Virus record (IMG/VR): IMGVR_UViG_3300021963_000023
Coordinates: 62,001 to 126,000 of that record
DNA: 64,000 nt
Strand: one strand, 5' to 3'
Positions within the stretch are counted from its first letter, which is position 1. Every line of letters starts with the position of its first letter. The translations under genes were made by a program, and so were the position numbers. Shown here piece by piece: positions 27,581 to 36,955 of this stretch. The notes beneath the pieces are model-generated. The model was given only the letters and a program-made list of their open reading frames with translations, was not told where the DNA came from and made no database searches.

Positions 27581-28365
27581 TAAATTGCATTATAATTGAC
27601 TTCTCGTTTATTGGTAAAGAAAAATTCTTTTTTAGCTGTTTCTACCCAAAATTTAGCTTCGTTTTCTACAAGTTTAGTTTTCTCATCATTTTTATATGAC
27701 CAGAATAAAGAATCTTCTCTTAGATTAACGTGTCTGTATCCTATTCTAGGTACAACCATAACCTTGGCACCATTATGTGTAAGTCTTAATAAAAATTCAT
27801 AACCAAAGGTTAATTTGATATTTTCTTTAAGACCACCATTTTCTTTAACTACTTTTGTTTTGTATAACCCGCCACTAATTTGATAGCTTTGATATTCAAT
27901 TAAAACTTCATTATCAATAAATCCTTGTTTTTCTGAAAAACCATATGCCCAAACAGATTCATTTGTGAAGTTTGTAAAATTACCCTCTTCGTCGATATCC
28001 TTAACAATTGGTAAAAAAACATCAACACCTGGATTTTCGTTAACATATTGATTAACTGACTTTAACCATATTTTTTGATATTCATCATCAATCTCTAAAA
28101 TTGAGAACCACTCAGTATCGCAACTATTAATACCTTCATTTACTTGCGTGCAGAAGTCAGTATTATTATTGTGAAGTTTATATTCAATTTCTAATTTTTT
28201 ACCTAAATCAACAGCATCTAATTTGGTTTTCAAACTTGCTGGTGCAACAATCATTAGTTTAACATCGTTGTAAAATTCTTTAGCAGATTCTACAGCTTTT
28301 TGTAACATTAAATTATAATCGTCGTTTAATTTATGTACCGGTAATATTATTGTTATATTTTTCAT
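27580..28365 (-). CDS. glycosyltransferase, GT-A fold (GT2-like)
   Basis: ITIILPVH, NEGI, ILEIDDEY (DxD-like), EFLLRL, GYRH. Confidence 0.78.
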   Translation of the reverse strand: MKNITIILPVHKLNDDYNLMLQKAVESAKEFYNDVKLMIVAPASLKTKLDAVDLGKKLEIEYKLHNNNTDFCTQVNEGINSCDTEWFSILEIDDEYQKIWLKSVNQYVNENPGVDVFLPIVKDIDEEGNFTNFTNESVWAYGFSEKQGFIDNEVLIEYQSYQISGGLYKTKVVKENGGLKENIKLTFGYEFLLRLTHNGAKVMVVPRIGYRHVNLREDSLFWSYKNDEKTKLVENEAKFWVETAKKEFFFTNKREVNYNAI

Positions 28366-29432
28366 ATAGCTTCTTCTTCTTTTTTTAATTTTTCTAATCC
28401 TTTTAAAATCGTATCTTTTCTTTTAGAATTGAATGATTCAAAAATGTTAATGGTGTTATTTTTAGTGATATCTTTATTATATGGTAATAATGTATCTTGC
28501 ATTTTTTGTTTTACCTCTTCATTAATTTCAACACCCTCTAACCAAGCTAAAGAGTATGTTCCTAATAATTCAATAAGTTTACTTTCATCATATGTCCACA
28601 TACCATTCTCAGATAACCAATCAGGTTCACTCATTGGTATTTTACCAATAATTGGTACACCAGACTTCATTGACTCTAACGGGAAGGTTCCAAATGTACT
28701 ATCGTCATCTAACCATAATGAAACAAAACATTCTTTTAATCCTTCAGCAAATTCCACATTTGACATTTGAACCATGTCTCTAAATGTGATCCATCTTAAT
28801 TGTGGATACTTTAAATAAAATTCAGAAATTAACTTTCTATGTTTAACCCTATCTCTACAGCTAATGGCAATAAATGGTTTTGCTGGCGATGTTGGAACAT
28901 TAAAGTGATCTTCAATAACCGGTGGAATGATAAAAACTAAAGATTCTGGAAAATATTCTAGAATGTATTTTTTAGCCGATTCAGTTGTTGTAATGACTTT
29001 ATCAAAACCAAAATCGCTAAATCTGCTACCAATTGATAATGTATCGAACATGTATTCTTTTTGTTGAATTAACATAATTTTAGTACATCTAACATTTGCT
29101 AATTGTTGTAACACATTCGCGTAGCTCTCTGGAACAACAAGAATATCGTCAATACTCATTTCTACTTTATCTTCTTTAATTGATACCACTGGTATTTCAT
29201 TATAAGAATCTCCTAGCCATGCTGAAACCCCACTATACTTAGAATCCTCAACAAGTATCTTTGAATTCATACCCGCTTGTTTTAAGTATAATGCCATATC
29301 ATAGATATGTTTAACTGATGCTCTTGGATTACCTTTAGTGTCATAACACAAAAAATAAATCGCATTTTCTTTAGATTCAATTCTGGTTAGAGCGTCTTCT
29401 AATTTTTCGATGTTTTTTAATTTTTCACTCAT
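28362..29432 (-). CDS. glycosyltransferase, GT-B fold (GT4-like)
   Basis: STFGTFPLESMKSGVPIIG motif; DILVVPE. Confidence 0.75.
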   Translation of the reverse strand: MSEKLKNIEKLEDALTRIESKENAIYFLCYDTKGNPRASVKHIYDMALYLKQAGMNSKILVEDSKYSGVSAWLGDSYNEIPVVSIKEDKVEMSIDDILVVPESYANVLQQLANVRCTKIMLIQQKEYMFDTLSIGSRFSDFGFDKVITTTESAKKYILEYFPESLVFIIPPVIEDHFNVPTSPAKPFIAISCRDRVKHRKLISEFYLKYPQLRWITFRDMVQMSNVEFAEGLKECFVSLWLDDDSTFGTFPLESMKSGVPIIGKIPMSEPDWLSENGMWTYDESKLIELLGTYSLAWLEGVEINEEVKQKMQDTLLPYNKDITKNNTINIFESFNSKRKDTILKGLEKLKKEEEAI

Positions 29433-29436
29433 TTTT

Positions 29437-29721
29437 TTATATTTCTTCGTTTATTATTCCGTTATGTATTAGGGTGTTAAAAGCCAAATTAAATGATAAC
29501 GAACCAGCACTATCTTTTAAAGAAGATAACATATCATCTTCTCCCTCGTCATCAAATTCATTTAGAACTCTATCTAACATCATCTTTATTAATTCATACT
29601 TAAAAACGTTTATTTCAATAACGTCTTTACCATCTTCGTCACTTATTGTGCCACCAGTTCTACATTTTTCGACAATACCGTCGATATCAATGTAATAATC
29701 TTTTCCGTAAAATTTATGCAT
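29437..29721 (-). CDS. hypothetical protein
   Basis: 94 aa ORF coupled within the operon. Confidence 0.65.
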   Translation of the reverse strand: MHKFYGKDYYIDIDGIVEKCRTGGTISDEDGKDVIEINVFKYELIKMMLDRVLNEFDDEGEDDMLSSLKDSAGSLSFNLAFNTLIHNGIINEEI

Positions 29722-30346
29722 TTAATAATTTTTGTTCATCGTTATTGAATATTATATTATTTTGATTATCAATAATAATATCACTTAATTTATTGATTTT
29801 TTTCTCATAAGTAAAGAAATTGTTATAAGTTGTTTCAAATAAAATAAACTCTTTATTTTCTGGTTTTAAATCCAAAATTCTTTTAGAGTCTGAAATCCAC
29901 ACATCCGCTTTATTCCATGCTTCGCTAATTTCTTCACTTAAAATAAATTTAATATTATTGGGCATGAAACCACTTCTAGCTAAAAAGAAAAATGTTGCTG
30001 GTTTTGCTTTAGCGAACTCATCTAAACCAATTAAATAAACGTCATGATCTTTGTAGTCAAAAACAAATTTATTAAACTCGTTATAAACATTAACATAGCT
30101 AACTGGTGAATGCCCATATAATTCCATTGGGTATTCTATATACTGGAAGTGATTGCTCTGATCTTTTGATTGAAATGCAAAATGATCTGTAAGATTTAAA
30201 TTCGTTATTGGTTCGGTAACTTTATACTCAAAAGTATCTGTTGACGCTTCTTCTTCATCAACATTTATGTAAGCATTTTCATAGTGATAATGAAACCTGT
30301 TTACAAAATTACGTAAAACCCCATCGATTGAAATATAGATATTCAT
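29714..30346 (-). CDS. HAD-superfamily 5'(3')-deoxyribonucleotidase-like protein, degenerate
   Basis: ISIDGVLRNF motif I lacking first Asp, DVWISD, TTYN. Confidence 0.55.
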   Translation of the reverse strand: MNIYISIDGVLRNFVNRFHYHYENAYINVDEEEASTDTFEYKVTEPITNLNLTDHFAFQSKDQSNHFQYIEYPMELYGHSPVSYVNVYNEFNKFVFDYKDHDVYLIGLDEFAKAKPATFFFLARSGFMPNNIKFILSEEISEAWNKADVWISDSKRILDLKPENKEFILFETTYNNFFTYEKKINKLSDIIIDNQNNIIFNNDEQKLLNA

Positions 30347-30389
30347 ATTTCAAAAGATAGGGCTTAATTTAGATAAAGTAAATGAGTTA

Positions 30390-31118
30390 TTACTCGTATC
30401 TGTTTAATATTTCACCAATGATTGGATTTCTAACAATATCCTGATGTCCAAATTCAAAAATTCCTATTCCTTTAACGCCATCTAATCTTTTCTTGGCATC
30501 ATATAATCCGGATTTGGTTTTATCTTTATATTTGTCAGATTGTTCTAAATCACCAGATAGGAAAAACTTGGAGTTGAATCCAATTCTGGTTAATAATAAT
30601 TTAATTTGAGATGGTGTTGCATTTTGTGCTTCTTCAAAAACTAATATTGTATTATCAACATTCCATCCTCTCATGTATGCTAATGCTGCAACCTCAATAT
30701 ACCCCTCATCTTTTAATTGTTCTCTAGCTTCTTTACCTATAATTTTATTTAATAAGTAATATGAAGGATAAATGTACGGATCTAATTTTTCTTCTAATCC
30801 ACCAGGTAAAGAACCAAGTTTTTCTTCAGCCTCAACAGCTGGCCTAACTATGATTATTTTTTCAAATTTATTATCATCATCATGCAATAAATCTACCGCT
30901 CTTTTCATAGCTATGTATGATTTACCAACCCCTGCGGGGCCAAAACATAGTGTTATTTGGTTTTCACCTAATATATCCCAGTATATTTCTTGATTTTTTG
31001 TTAGAAATTTTTCCTTTGGTTTTTTGATAATCTCTCTAATTCTCTGCTTATGTGGTATTTTCTTTTCCTCTACCGCAACTAGTGGGTAGTTTCTTCCTGT
31101 TTTAGGTTTTAATGCCAA
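30390..31118 (-). CDS. phoH: PhoH-family ATPase
   Basis: GPAGVGKS, RPAVEAEEKLGSLPG, YMRG, EEAQN, GDLEQSD, DIVRNP. Confidence 0.93.
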   Translation of the reverse strand: MALKPKTGRNYPLVAVEEKKIPHKQRIREIIKKPKEKFLTKNQEIYWDILGENQITLCFGPAGVGKSYIAMKRAVDLLHDDDNKFEKIIIVRPAVEAEEKLGSLPGGLEEKLDPYIYPSYYLLNKIIGKEAREQLKDEGYIEVAALAYMRGWNVDNTILVFEEAQNATPSQIKLLLTRIGFNSKFFLSGDLEQSDKYKDKTKSGLYDAKKRLDGVKGIGIFEFGHQDIVRNPIIGEILNRYE

Positions 31119-31157
31119 AGTATGTAGTTTTTAATAATTCTTTATTACCTATAAATA

Positions 31158-31775
31158 TCACTTAATTCCACTAGAATTAAAACCACCTTCCCCTCTTAAA
31201 GTTTCATTAATCTCTTCTGTTTTTGCTAAAATAACCTTACCCTCACCAAATACAGGCATAATTACCGCTTGAGCGATCCTATCTCCCTTTTGTATGGTAA
31301 ATGGTTCTTCCCCAAGATTAATTAACGGAACCTTAATTTCACCCCTATAATGGCTATCGACAGTTCCTGGGCTATTTAAAACAGTAATACCATTTTTAAT
31401 GGCTAAACCACTTCTTGGTCTAACCTGTATTTCGGTACCTTTTTCTAATTGAAAATAGAGACCAGTTGGGATTAAAACTCGTTTTAATGGATTTAATGTG
31501 ATTGTTTCAGAAATGTCCGCTCTAAGATCAAATCCACTATCCCCTTCGTATGCGAACTTTGGATCATCATTAGTTGATTTGTTTATATACTTAACTGAAA
31601 GTTTTGAATATTCTTCTTTTTGTGCATTATAAACCTCATTATTCAACTCATCTAATGTTAAATTAATTTGTTGTGCTAATGTTTCATCAATTGTATCATC
31701 ATCTTCATCTGTAGATAACAATTTTTCATACTCCTTTAATTTTTCTAGGATTTCCTGAAAATTACCTTGTTCCAT
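31158..31775 (-). CDS. dut: dUTPase (trimeric) with acidic N-terminal extension
   Basis: SGFDL, RPRSGLA, GTVDSHYRGEI, GDRIAQ, RGEGGFNSSG. Confidence 0.95.
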   Translation of the reverse strand: MEQGNFQEILEKLKEYEKLLSTDEDDDTIDETLAQQINLTLDELNNEVYNAQKEEYSKLSVKYINKSTNDDPKFAYEGDSGFDLRADISETITLNPLKRVLIPTGLYFQLEKGTEIQVRPRSGLAIKNGITVLNSPGTVDSHYRGEIKVPLINLGEEPFTIQKGDRIAQAVIMPVFGEGKVILAKTEEINETLRGEGGFNSSGIK

Positions 31776-31789
31776 AGAGATAATATTTT

Positions 31790-32020
31790 TTACTTGTAAT
31801 ATTCTGGAGTGTTATTTTCGTCTATAACACACTCAATTTGCATCTTAGAGACACTTAGGCTTTCGCTACCTCGGATATCACCTGAGCGATATTTTGCGGC
31901 AACAATTGTTGCTTCTTCGACCGAGTTGGCTTGCAACACATACTTAACTTTTTTAATTCTTGGGTTACCTTCTCTGTCCATTTGTTCAGTTTCGTAACCA
32001 ATTGTAATTAGATAATACAT
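31790..32020 (-). CDS. DUF4494-like small protein
   Basis: Y......G..KKVKYVLQANSVEEA pattern resembles this Bacteroidetes family. Confidence 0.5.
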   Translation of the reverse strand: MYYLITIGYETEQMDREGNPRIKKVKYVLQANSVEEATIVAAKYRSGDIRGSESLSVSKMQIECVIDENNTPEYYK

Positions 32021-32092
32021 AATTTTTTATATTTTAATGTTCACTACTAATATATGTGATTTTATTTTATAAAACAAAAAAAAGGGAATAAA

Positions 32093-33322
32093 TTATTTAT
32101 TAACAATAGACTTGAAAAACTCAACCCTATCTTCACACACCTTTTTTAAAGAATATTTAACCTTAACCGTTTCATACAACCTATTTCCTAGGTCTTCAAC
32201 TAAAGCGGGGTTATCTACTAATCTTTTCATATGTTTAGCCCAATCTTTATGGTTTTTTCTTGGCGAAACTAATAGGGCATTGCCTTTGTCATTAAACACG
32301 CCACTATCAACAGCCGATACTAAATCTATGGTATATGGATTAGTTTCACTAGCAATAATGGCCTTTTTATGGAACCCAGCTTCAATGACTTTTAATTGAG
32401 ATTTACATGAGTTGAAAAATGATTCAACAAGAGGTGCTAATGACACATCAAAATAATTATAGTTCATAGCATATTTGCTAACCTCTTGTGTCCATCTTCT
32501 AACATATGGTACGTCCATTGATGAATAATCGGTTTCTTTAAATGACGTTAAATGATTTTTATACTCATCATTTAAAACTTTATAAGATTTTGTAAAAATG
32601 CTTTCGTATTTACACCACACAGTTTCATGTGGCATAATTGGCCTTTGTCTTTGCTGACCAGTAGATTTATCGATTTCTGTAACAGTACCTCTTAGATCAA
32701 AACCACACAAAACAAATTGTGTTTTATCTAAATATAAATTTTGTATACTTTCAATTCCTGATTGTAATAATTCAATATCATGTAAATGAGATGATCCACC
32801 CAACCAACCAAATCTTAATCTATCTGATTTAATTGGGTTTGATTTAAACTGTGGTTCATTTTCATCAACCGCATTAGGAAAAATAAATACGTTCTTTGTT
32901 AGCCCTAATCTTTTTTTAATTTCATCAGCAAAAAATGGCGTTGTGCATGTTACATAGTCCACTAGTTTTAATAGTTCTATCTTTTTTTCACCTACTTTTG
33001 CAACTCTAATTTGTTCATATAGTGGGTGTCTTTGATCTACAGTCCAGAAATCATCAATATCCATTATTGTTTTTATTCCTTTGGCTTTCAACCACTTAAC
33101 TCTTTCTACATTTCTTTCGTGATTAACTTGGTGAATGAAGCTATGAAAAACAACAATATCATAGTTGTTAAAAACCTCATCACGATCCTCTAAATTCATG
33201 GTGATATCCACATGAATTTCATCATTGAAATTATTACCAATATACTTAAATGGATCTAATACTCTGTATTTACCAACCCCATGAGCATCTGAAGGAATAG
33301 CTAAAATTCTTAATTTTGACAT
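32093..33322 (-). CDS. glycosyltransferase, GT-B fold
   Basis: GVGKYRV, MDIDDFW, GWLGGSSHLHD, LAPL...FNSCKSQLKVIEAG. Confidence 0.85.
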   Translation of the reverse strand: MSKLRILAIPSDAHGVGKYRVLDPFKYIGNNFNDEIHVDITMNLEDRDEVFNNYDIVVFHSFIHQVNHERNVERVKWLKAKGIKTIMDIDDFWTVDQRHPLYEQIRVAKVGEKKIELLKLVDYVTCTTPFFADEIKKRLGLTKNVFIFPNAVDENEPQFKSNPIKSDRLRFGWLGGSSHLHDIELLQSGIESIQNLYLDKTQFVLCGFDLRGTVTEIDKSTGQQRQRPIMPHETVWCKYESIFTKSYKVLNDEYKNHLTSFKETDYSSMDVPYVRRWTQEVSKYAMNYNYFDVSLAPLVESFFNSCKSQLKVIEAGFHKKAIIASETNPYTIDLVSAVDSGVFNDKGNALLVSPRKNHKDWAKHMKRLVDNPALVEDLGNRLYETVKVKYSLKKVCEDRVEFFKSIVNK

Positions 33323-33370
33323 ATCTTAATATTATATGTCTAGTATAAGGGAATAAAAAATAAAAGTAAA

Positions 33371-33958
33371 TTATTTAGATTTATTAACCCCAGTAATTTT
33401 ACCTTTAAAAATTGAATCTCCAACCTTTAGTACAAGGTTTTCATTAATTGATTGTGTTTGTTGCGCGGATAACAGTTGATTTAATTTTTCATCCATAACT
33501 TTACGAACAGTATTTTCAATAATAGTTGCAATTGAATTCATGTCAATATTTGAAGGTTGAGACGTTGGTTTTGATACCGTTTGTTTACTTTTCGATGTGC
33601 CCTCTTGTTCCATTAATCTTTTAGCCCCTTTTATAAAATTCATATCCAAAGTTTCATTTAATGAAATTTGTGACACTTGTTCAATAGGATTTTCAATCAT
33701 TGCTTTTTTAATATTATCAGGTAGTCTAGAATTTTGAATTTTACTGATACTGGCTGGTGCAGATACGTTTCTTGTTTCAGATAATGGCGGCATATTATTT
33801 GTATGAATATATTCTTCTGGATCACTTCTTAATACTTCCTCATTAACGTGGCCTCTTTCGAAATTACCCGTGTCTACTTTATTCATTATCTTTTTTGCTT
33901 GTGCCAATTTTTGCATCAAATCATTTGAACTAATTGGGCCGGTATTTAATTGTGTCAT
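33371..33958 (-). CDS. hypothetical protein
   Basis: 195 aa ORF. Confidence 0.65.
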   Translation of the reverse strand: MTQLNTGPISSNDLMQKLAQAKKIMNKVDTGNFERGHVNEEVLRSDPEEYIHTNNMPPLSETRNVSAPASISKIQNSRLPDNIKKAMIENPIEQVSQISLNETLDMNFIKGAKRLMEQEGTSKSKQTVSKPTSQPSNIDMNSIATIIENTVRKVMDEKLNQLLSAQQTQSINENLVLKVGDSIFKGKITGVNKSK

Positions 33959-33995
33959 ATTAATAAGTATATTCTAATTATATCCAAAAATAAAG

Positions 33996-35003
33996 TTAAA
34001 AATACGAAATAAGTTTTTTAACTCTATGAACAAACGATTCACTTAAATCATATCGATTTTCATCTTCTGGACTTTTATCTGGTTTTTCTGTCTTTTTAGG
34101 TTCAGGTAGTTTATTTTTTTCTATAGCCGTATTTGGCTCATTTGGTTTTTTAGTGGGTTTTTTGCTTGGTTCTGGTATATTAATTTCTGGTTCTGTTTTA
34201 ATGGCTCTATTAGCACTTAAAAATTTCTGAACATTAACATTCTTCATGTCGACACCAGACTGTGCAATTTGATTAACTAAATCATCGATCTTAATTACCA
34301 GTTCTTTTTTCTTTGCTGTTAAATCTTTTAATGTGTTTAGAAGAGGTTCAGCTTCTGGTGTATCTTTAACTTGTTTGTATTTTTCGTTTGTTGATTTTAA
34401 ATCTGAAACAACTTTTGCCAAATCATTTTGTACGGTTGTCATTTCCTTATCAAAATTTCTGGTTGTTTTAGTTACCCCAGGTTTTTTTGTTGGTTTAGTT
34501 GGTTCAGCTTTTGGTGCTGTGGATTTTGGTTCTTCTTTTGTTTTTGGCTCTTTTTGTTTAGGTGAGAAATCAGTACTAACATATGTAACACTCATTGATT
34601 TATCATCGCCACCACCATTAAACTTTTCTCTTGGAACATCAAATGTTTCATTTTTTAATACATCAATGGCACTCATTCTGGATACTAAAAATGTTCTCCA
34701 TCCATAATTTGCTTTTTCATTACCAACATTAGAAGGTGTTCCTCTTTTTGATTTTGATGGATTATCTATCCACGCTCTAATAACTAAATTACCTTTTTTG
34801 TTTGACCCCAATGCAACCGCTTCAGCTTTAACTCTATAGCCAGCCTTAACATTAGTTTTTTTGGGTTTTCTTGGGCCAGTATAATAGAAAGTAATTGGAT
34901 GTCTATTTGTAATAGCATCCGCTAATGGCTTGTTTTTAGTTGTTTTTAAAACAAGATCATTTTGTTCTTCTAATATATCTGTAAAAAATTCGTTTAGTGT
35001 CAT
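33996..35003 (-). CDS. WYL-like domain protein with coiled-coil and K/P-rich C-terminus
   Basis: ITFYY...R..E.VALG.....LVIRAW...GWRTFLVSRM; ATG 35003 avoids overlap with the upstream gene. Confidence 0.6.
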   Translation of the reverse strand: MTLNEFFTDILEEQNDLVLKTTKNKPLADAITNRHPITFYYTGPRKPKKTNVKAGYRVKAEAVALGSNKKGNLVIRAWIDNPSKSKRGTPSNVGNEKANYGWRTFLVSRMSAIDVLKNETFDVPREKFNGGGDDKSMSVTYVSTDFSPKQKEPKTKEEPKSTAPKAEPTKPTKKPGVTKTTRNFDKEMTTVQNDLAKVVSDLKSTNEKYKQVKDTPEAEPLLNTLKDLTAKKKELVIKIDDLVNQIAQSGVDMKNVNVQKFLSANRAIKTEPEINIPEPSKKPTKKPNEPNTAIEKNKLPEPKKTEKPDKSPEDENRYDLSESFVHRVKKLISYF

Positions 35004-35004
35004 A

Positions 35005-35658
35005 TTAAAAATCTGGGTATTTTTTTGTTTCGCCAAATTTATTTCTAGCGACACTATCTTTTCTTGAATTAACGTCTGTTAATGATCCAACAGATCCGTT
35101 GTTTTCTCCTTTACCCTTTTCATCACCATCAGATAATGCATTGGGATTTTTAGAATTATAAGCGTTTTGATTATTATATGAATTTCTAGATAAACTTTCC
35201 GTCCTAACTTTGATATCTGTTAATGAACCAATTTTACCACTATTTTCACCCTTTCCCTTTTCATCATCATCAGATAATGCATTAGGACTAGTTACACCAT
35301 ATGCTTTGTTTTGTAAATATGTATTTTTAGACATTAACTCATTTCTTGTTAATATGTCTACAGATGAGCCAATAGTTCCATTTTCACCTTTACCTTTTTC
35401 ATCACCATCAGATAATGCGTTAACATTTTTTGAATTATATTGATTATTTGATGAATATGGATTTCTAAGAAGGTTTTCAACTCTGGCTTGAATATCTACA
35501 GATGATCCAATTGTACCAGCTTCTCCTTTACCTTTTTCATCACCATTTGATAGTGCATTTTCATGTGTTACACCGTAGCCATTTTTTTCAACGTATGAAT
35601 TTCTTGTTAAATGTGCCTGTCTTTCTTTTTCAGCAATGATTTCTAATTGTGTTGCCAT
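35005..35658 (-). CDS. tandem-repeat protein (4 x 46-47 aa)
   Basis: Repeated NALSDGDEKGKGE..G.IGS..D. Confidence 0.75.
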   Translation of the reverse strand: MATQLEIIAEKERQAHLTRNSYVEKNGYGVTHENALSNGDEKGKGEAGTIGSSVDIQARVENLLRNPYSSNNQYNSKNVNALSDGDEKGKGENGTIGSSVDILTRNELMSKNTYLQNKAYGVTSPNALSDDDEKGKGENSGKIGSLTDIKVRTESLSRNSYNNQNAYNSKNPNALSDGDEKGKGENNGSVGSLTDVNSRKDSVARNKFGETKKYPDF

Positions 35659-35661
35659 ATC

Positions 35662-36153
35662 TTACATTAATTTTTTAATTCTTTTGATTTGTTCAAATAA
35701 ACCATTTTGTTTTATTGAGGAAACAGAGTTTTCTTCTGAATTTGATTTCAATAGATCAACAGACATTTTATTGCTGTGTTTTCTTTCACCCTCTTTTCTG
35801 AATGGGTTTTTTCTTAAACCATTCATTCCGGTATTATTATTTATTTTGTGTGATGACGTTTTTTTATCTTTAACCAGCTGTCTTTCACCATCTAAAAAAG
35901 TGTTGGCCCATTTTTCCATCAATTCGCCCCCATATAAATTGTATCTAGCCTGTTCGGTATTTTTATCAAGAGTTTTAATATCGTGGATAATTCTCTTTAA
36001 CTGACCGTATGTTACTTTTTTTTCTGAACAAAGTGTTTTTGCTCGTTTAATACCATGAAGATCATTACCGGCCGCGCTAGCTAATGTTTGATTAATTTTT
36101 TCTATTACATCATTTGGTATGTCATATACCCTATCTTTTAAATCACTATTCAC
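35662..36153 (-). CDS. hypothetical basic protein
   Basis: 163 aa ORF ending LFEQIKRIKKLM. Confidence 0.65.
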   Translation of the reverse strand: MNSDLKDRVYDIPNDVIEKINQTLASAAGNDLHGIKRAKTLCSEKKVTYGQLKRIIHDIKTLDKNTEQARYNLYGGELMEKWANTFLDGERQLVKDKKTSSHKINNNTGMNGLRKNPFRKEGERKHSNKMSVDLLKSNSEENSVSSIKQNGLFEQIKRIKKLM

Positions 36154-36904
36154 CTTTTAAATGTTTTATAATTTTTTCTACTGGTATGTTATTTTTATTT
36201 AGTGATTTTTTAAGGGACTCAATTTGCTTTAATATTAGTGGATTTACAGTTTCATTACTTTCTTTTTCCAAAACATCAGAATCTTGAGATTTCTTAACTA
36301 AAACGCTTTCAATATAATCTTGCATAAATCTTTTAGGATTTTCAACCAATCTAACTAATTCTTTTTCTCCCTCAATATACCCCATTGCTGCTAATCTCTC
36401 CTTAGCCTCATCTTCTGGAAGACCTAAGTCTTTAATAAAATAATTATAAGCTTCGTCATATGTTTTATCGTTACCCATAGTATTTTCATACCCTAATATG
36501 TCATCCATTGCAATTTCTCTCACCTCTTGACCTTCACCCCAAGCTCTTGATCTGATGTTAGTACTATTAATTCCGTAATTTCCCATTGCTCCAGTACCAG
36601 TTTTTACAACTTTATCCGTTCTTCTTTTGGCCCCAATTAAAGATTTTTTAATTTGAGTGGGGATATCACCTCTCATAATGTTACCTTTTTCATCAACAAT
36701 TTCTTCAATATCCTCCTCATTATCTTCAACTTTATCTGGTATTTTTTTGAAATTAGTATCGCTAGAGAACTCGCTAGCCCACTTTTTCCACTTTTTCTTT
36801 TCTTTTTTAGGTGCACCCTTTTCATTGGCTTTAGCATAGAAATACCTTTGCTGTGACTTCGATGCAAACTTCTCTTCTATTACTTGTTTTATAAAATCGT
36901 TCAT
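36146..36904 (-). CDS. modular hypothetical protein
   Basis: 252 aa; basic N-terminal module FASKSQQRYFYA; late motif upstream. Confidence 0.65.
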   Translation of the reverse strand: MNDFIKQVIEEKFASKSQQRYFYAKANEKGAPKKEKKKWKKWASEFSSDTNFKKIPDKVEDNEEDIEEIVDEKGNIMRGDIPTQIKKSLIGAKRRTDKVVKTGTGAMGNYGINSTNIRSRAWGEGQEVREIAMDDILGYENTMGNDKTYDEAYNYFIKDLGLPEDEAKERLAAMGYIEGEKELVRLVENPKRFMQDYIESVLVKKSQDSDVLEKESNETVNPLILKQIESLKKSLNKNNIPVEKIIKHLKGE

Positions 36905-36955
36905 GGAATCTTTTTTATATAAATATCAAACGCTATGAAAGATATTTATCTAAAT

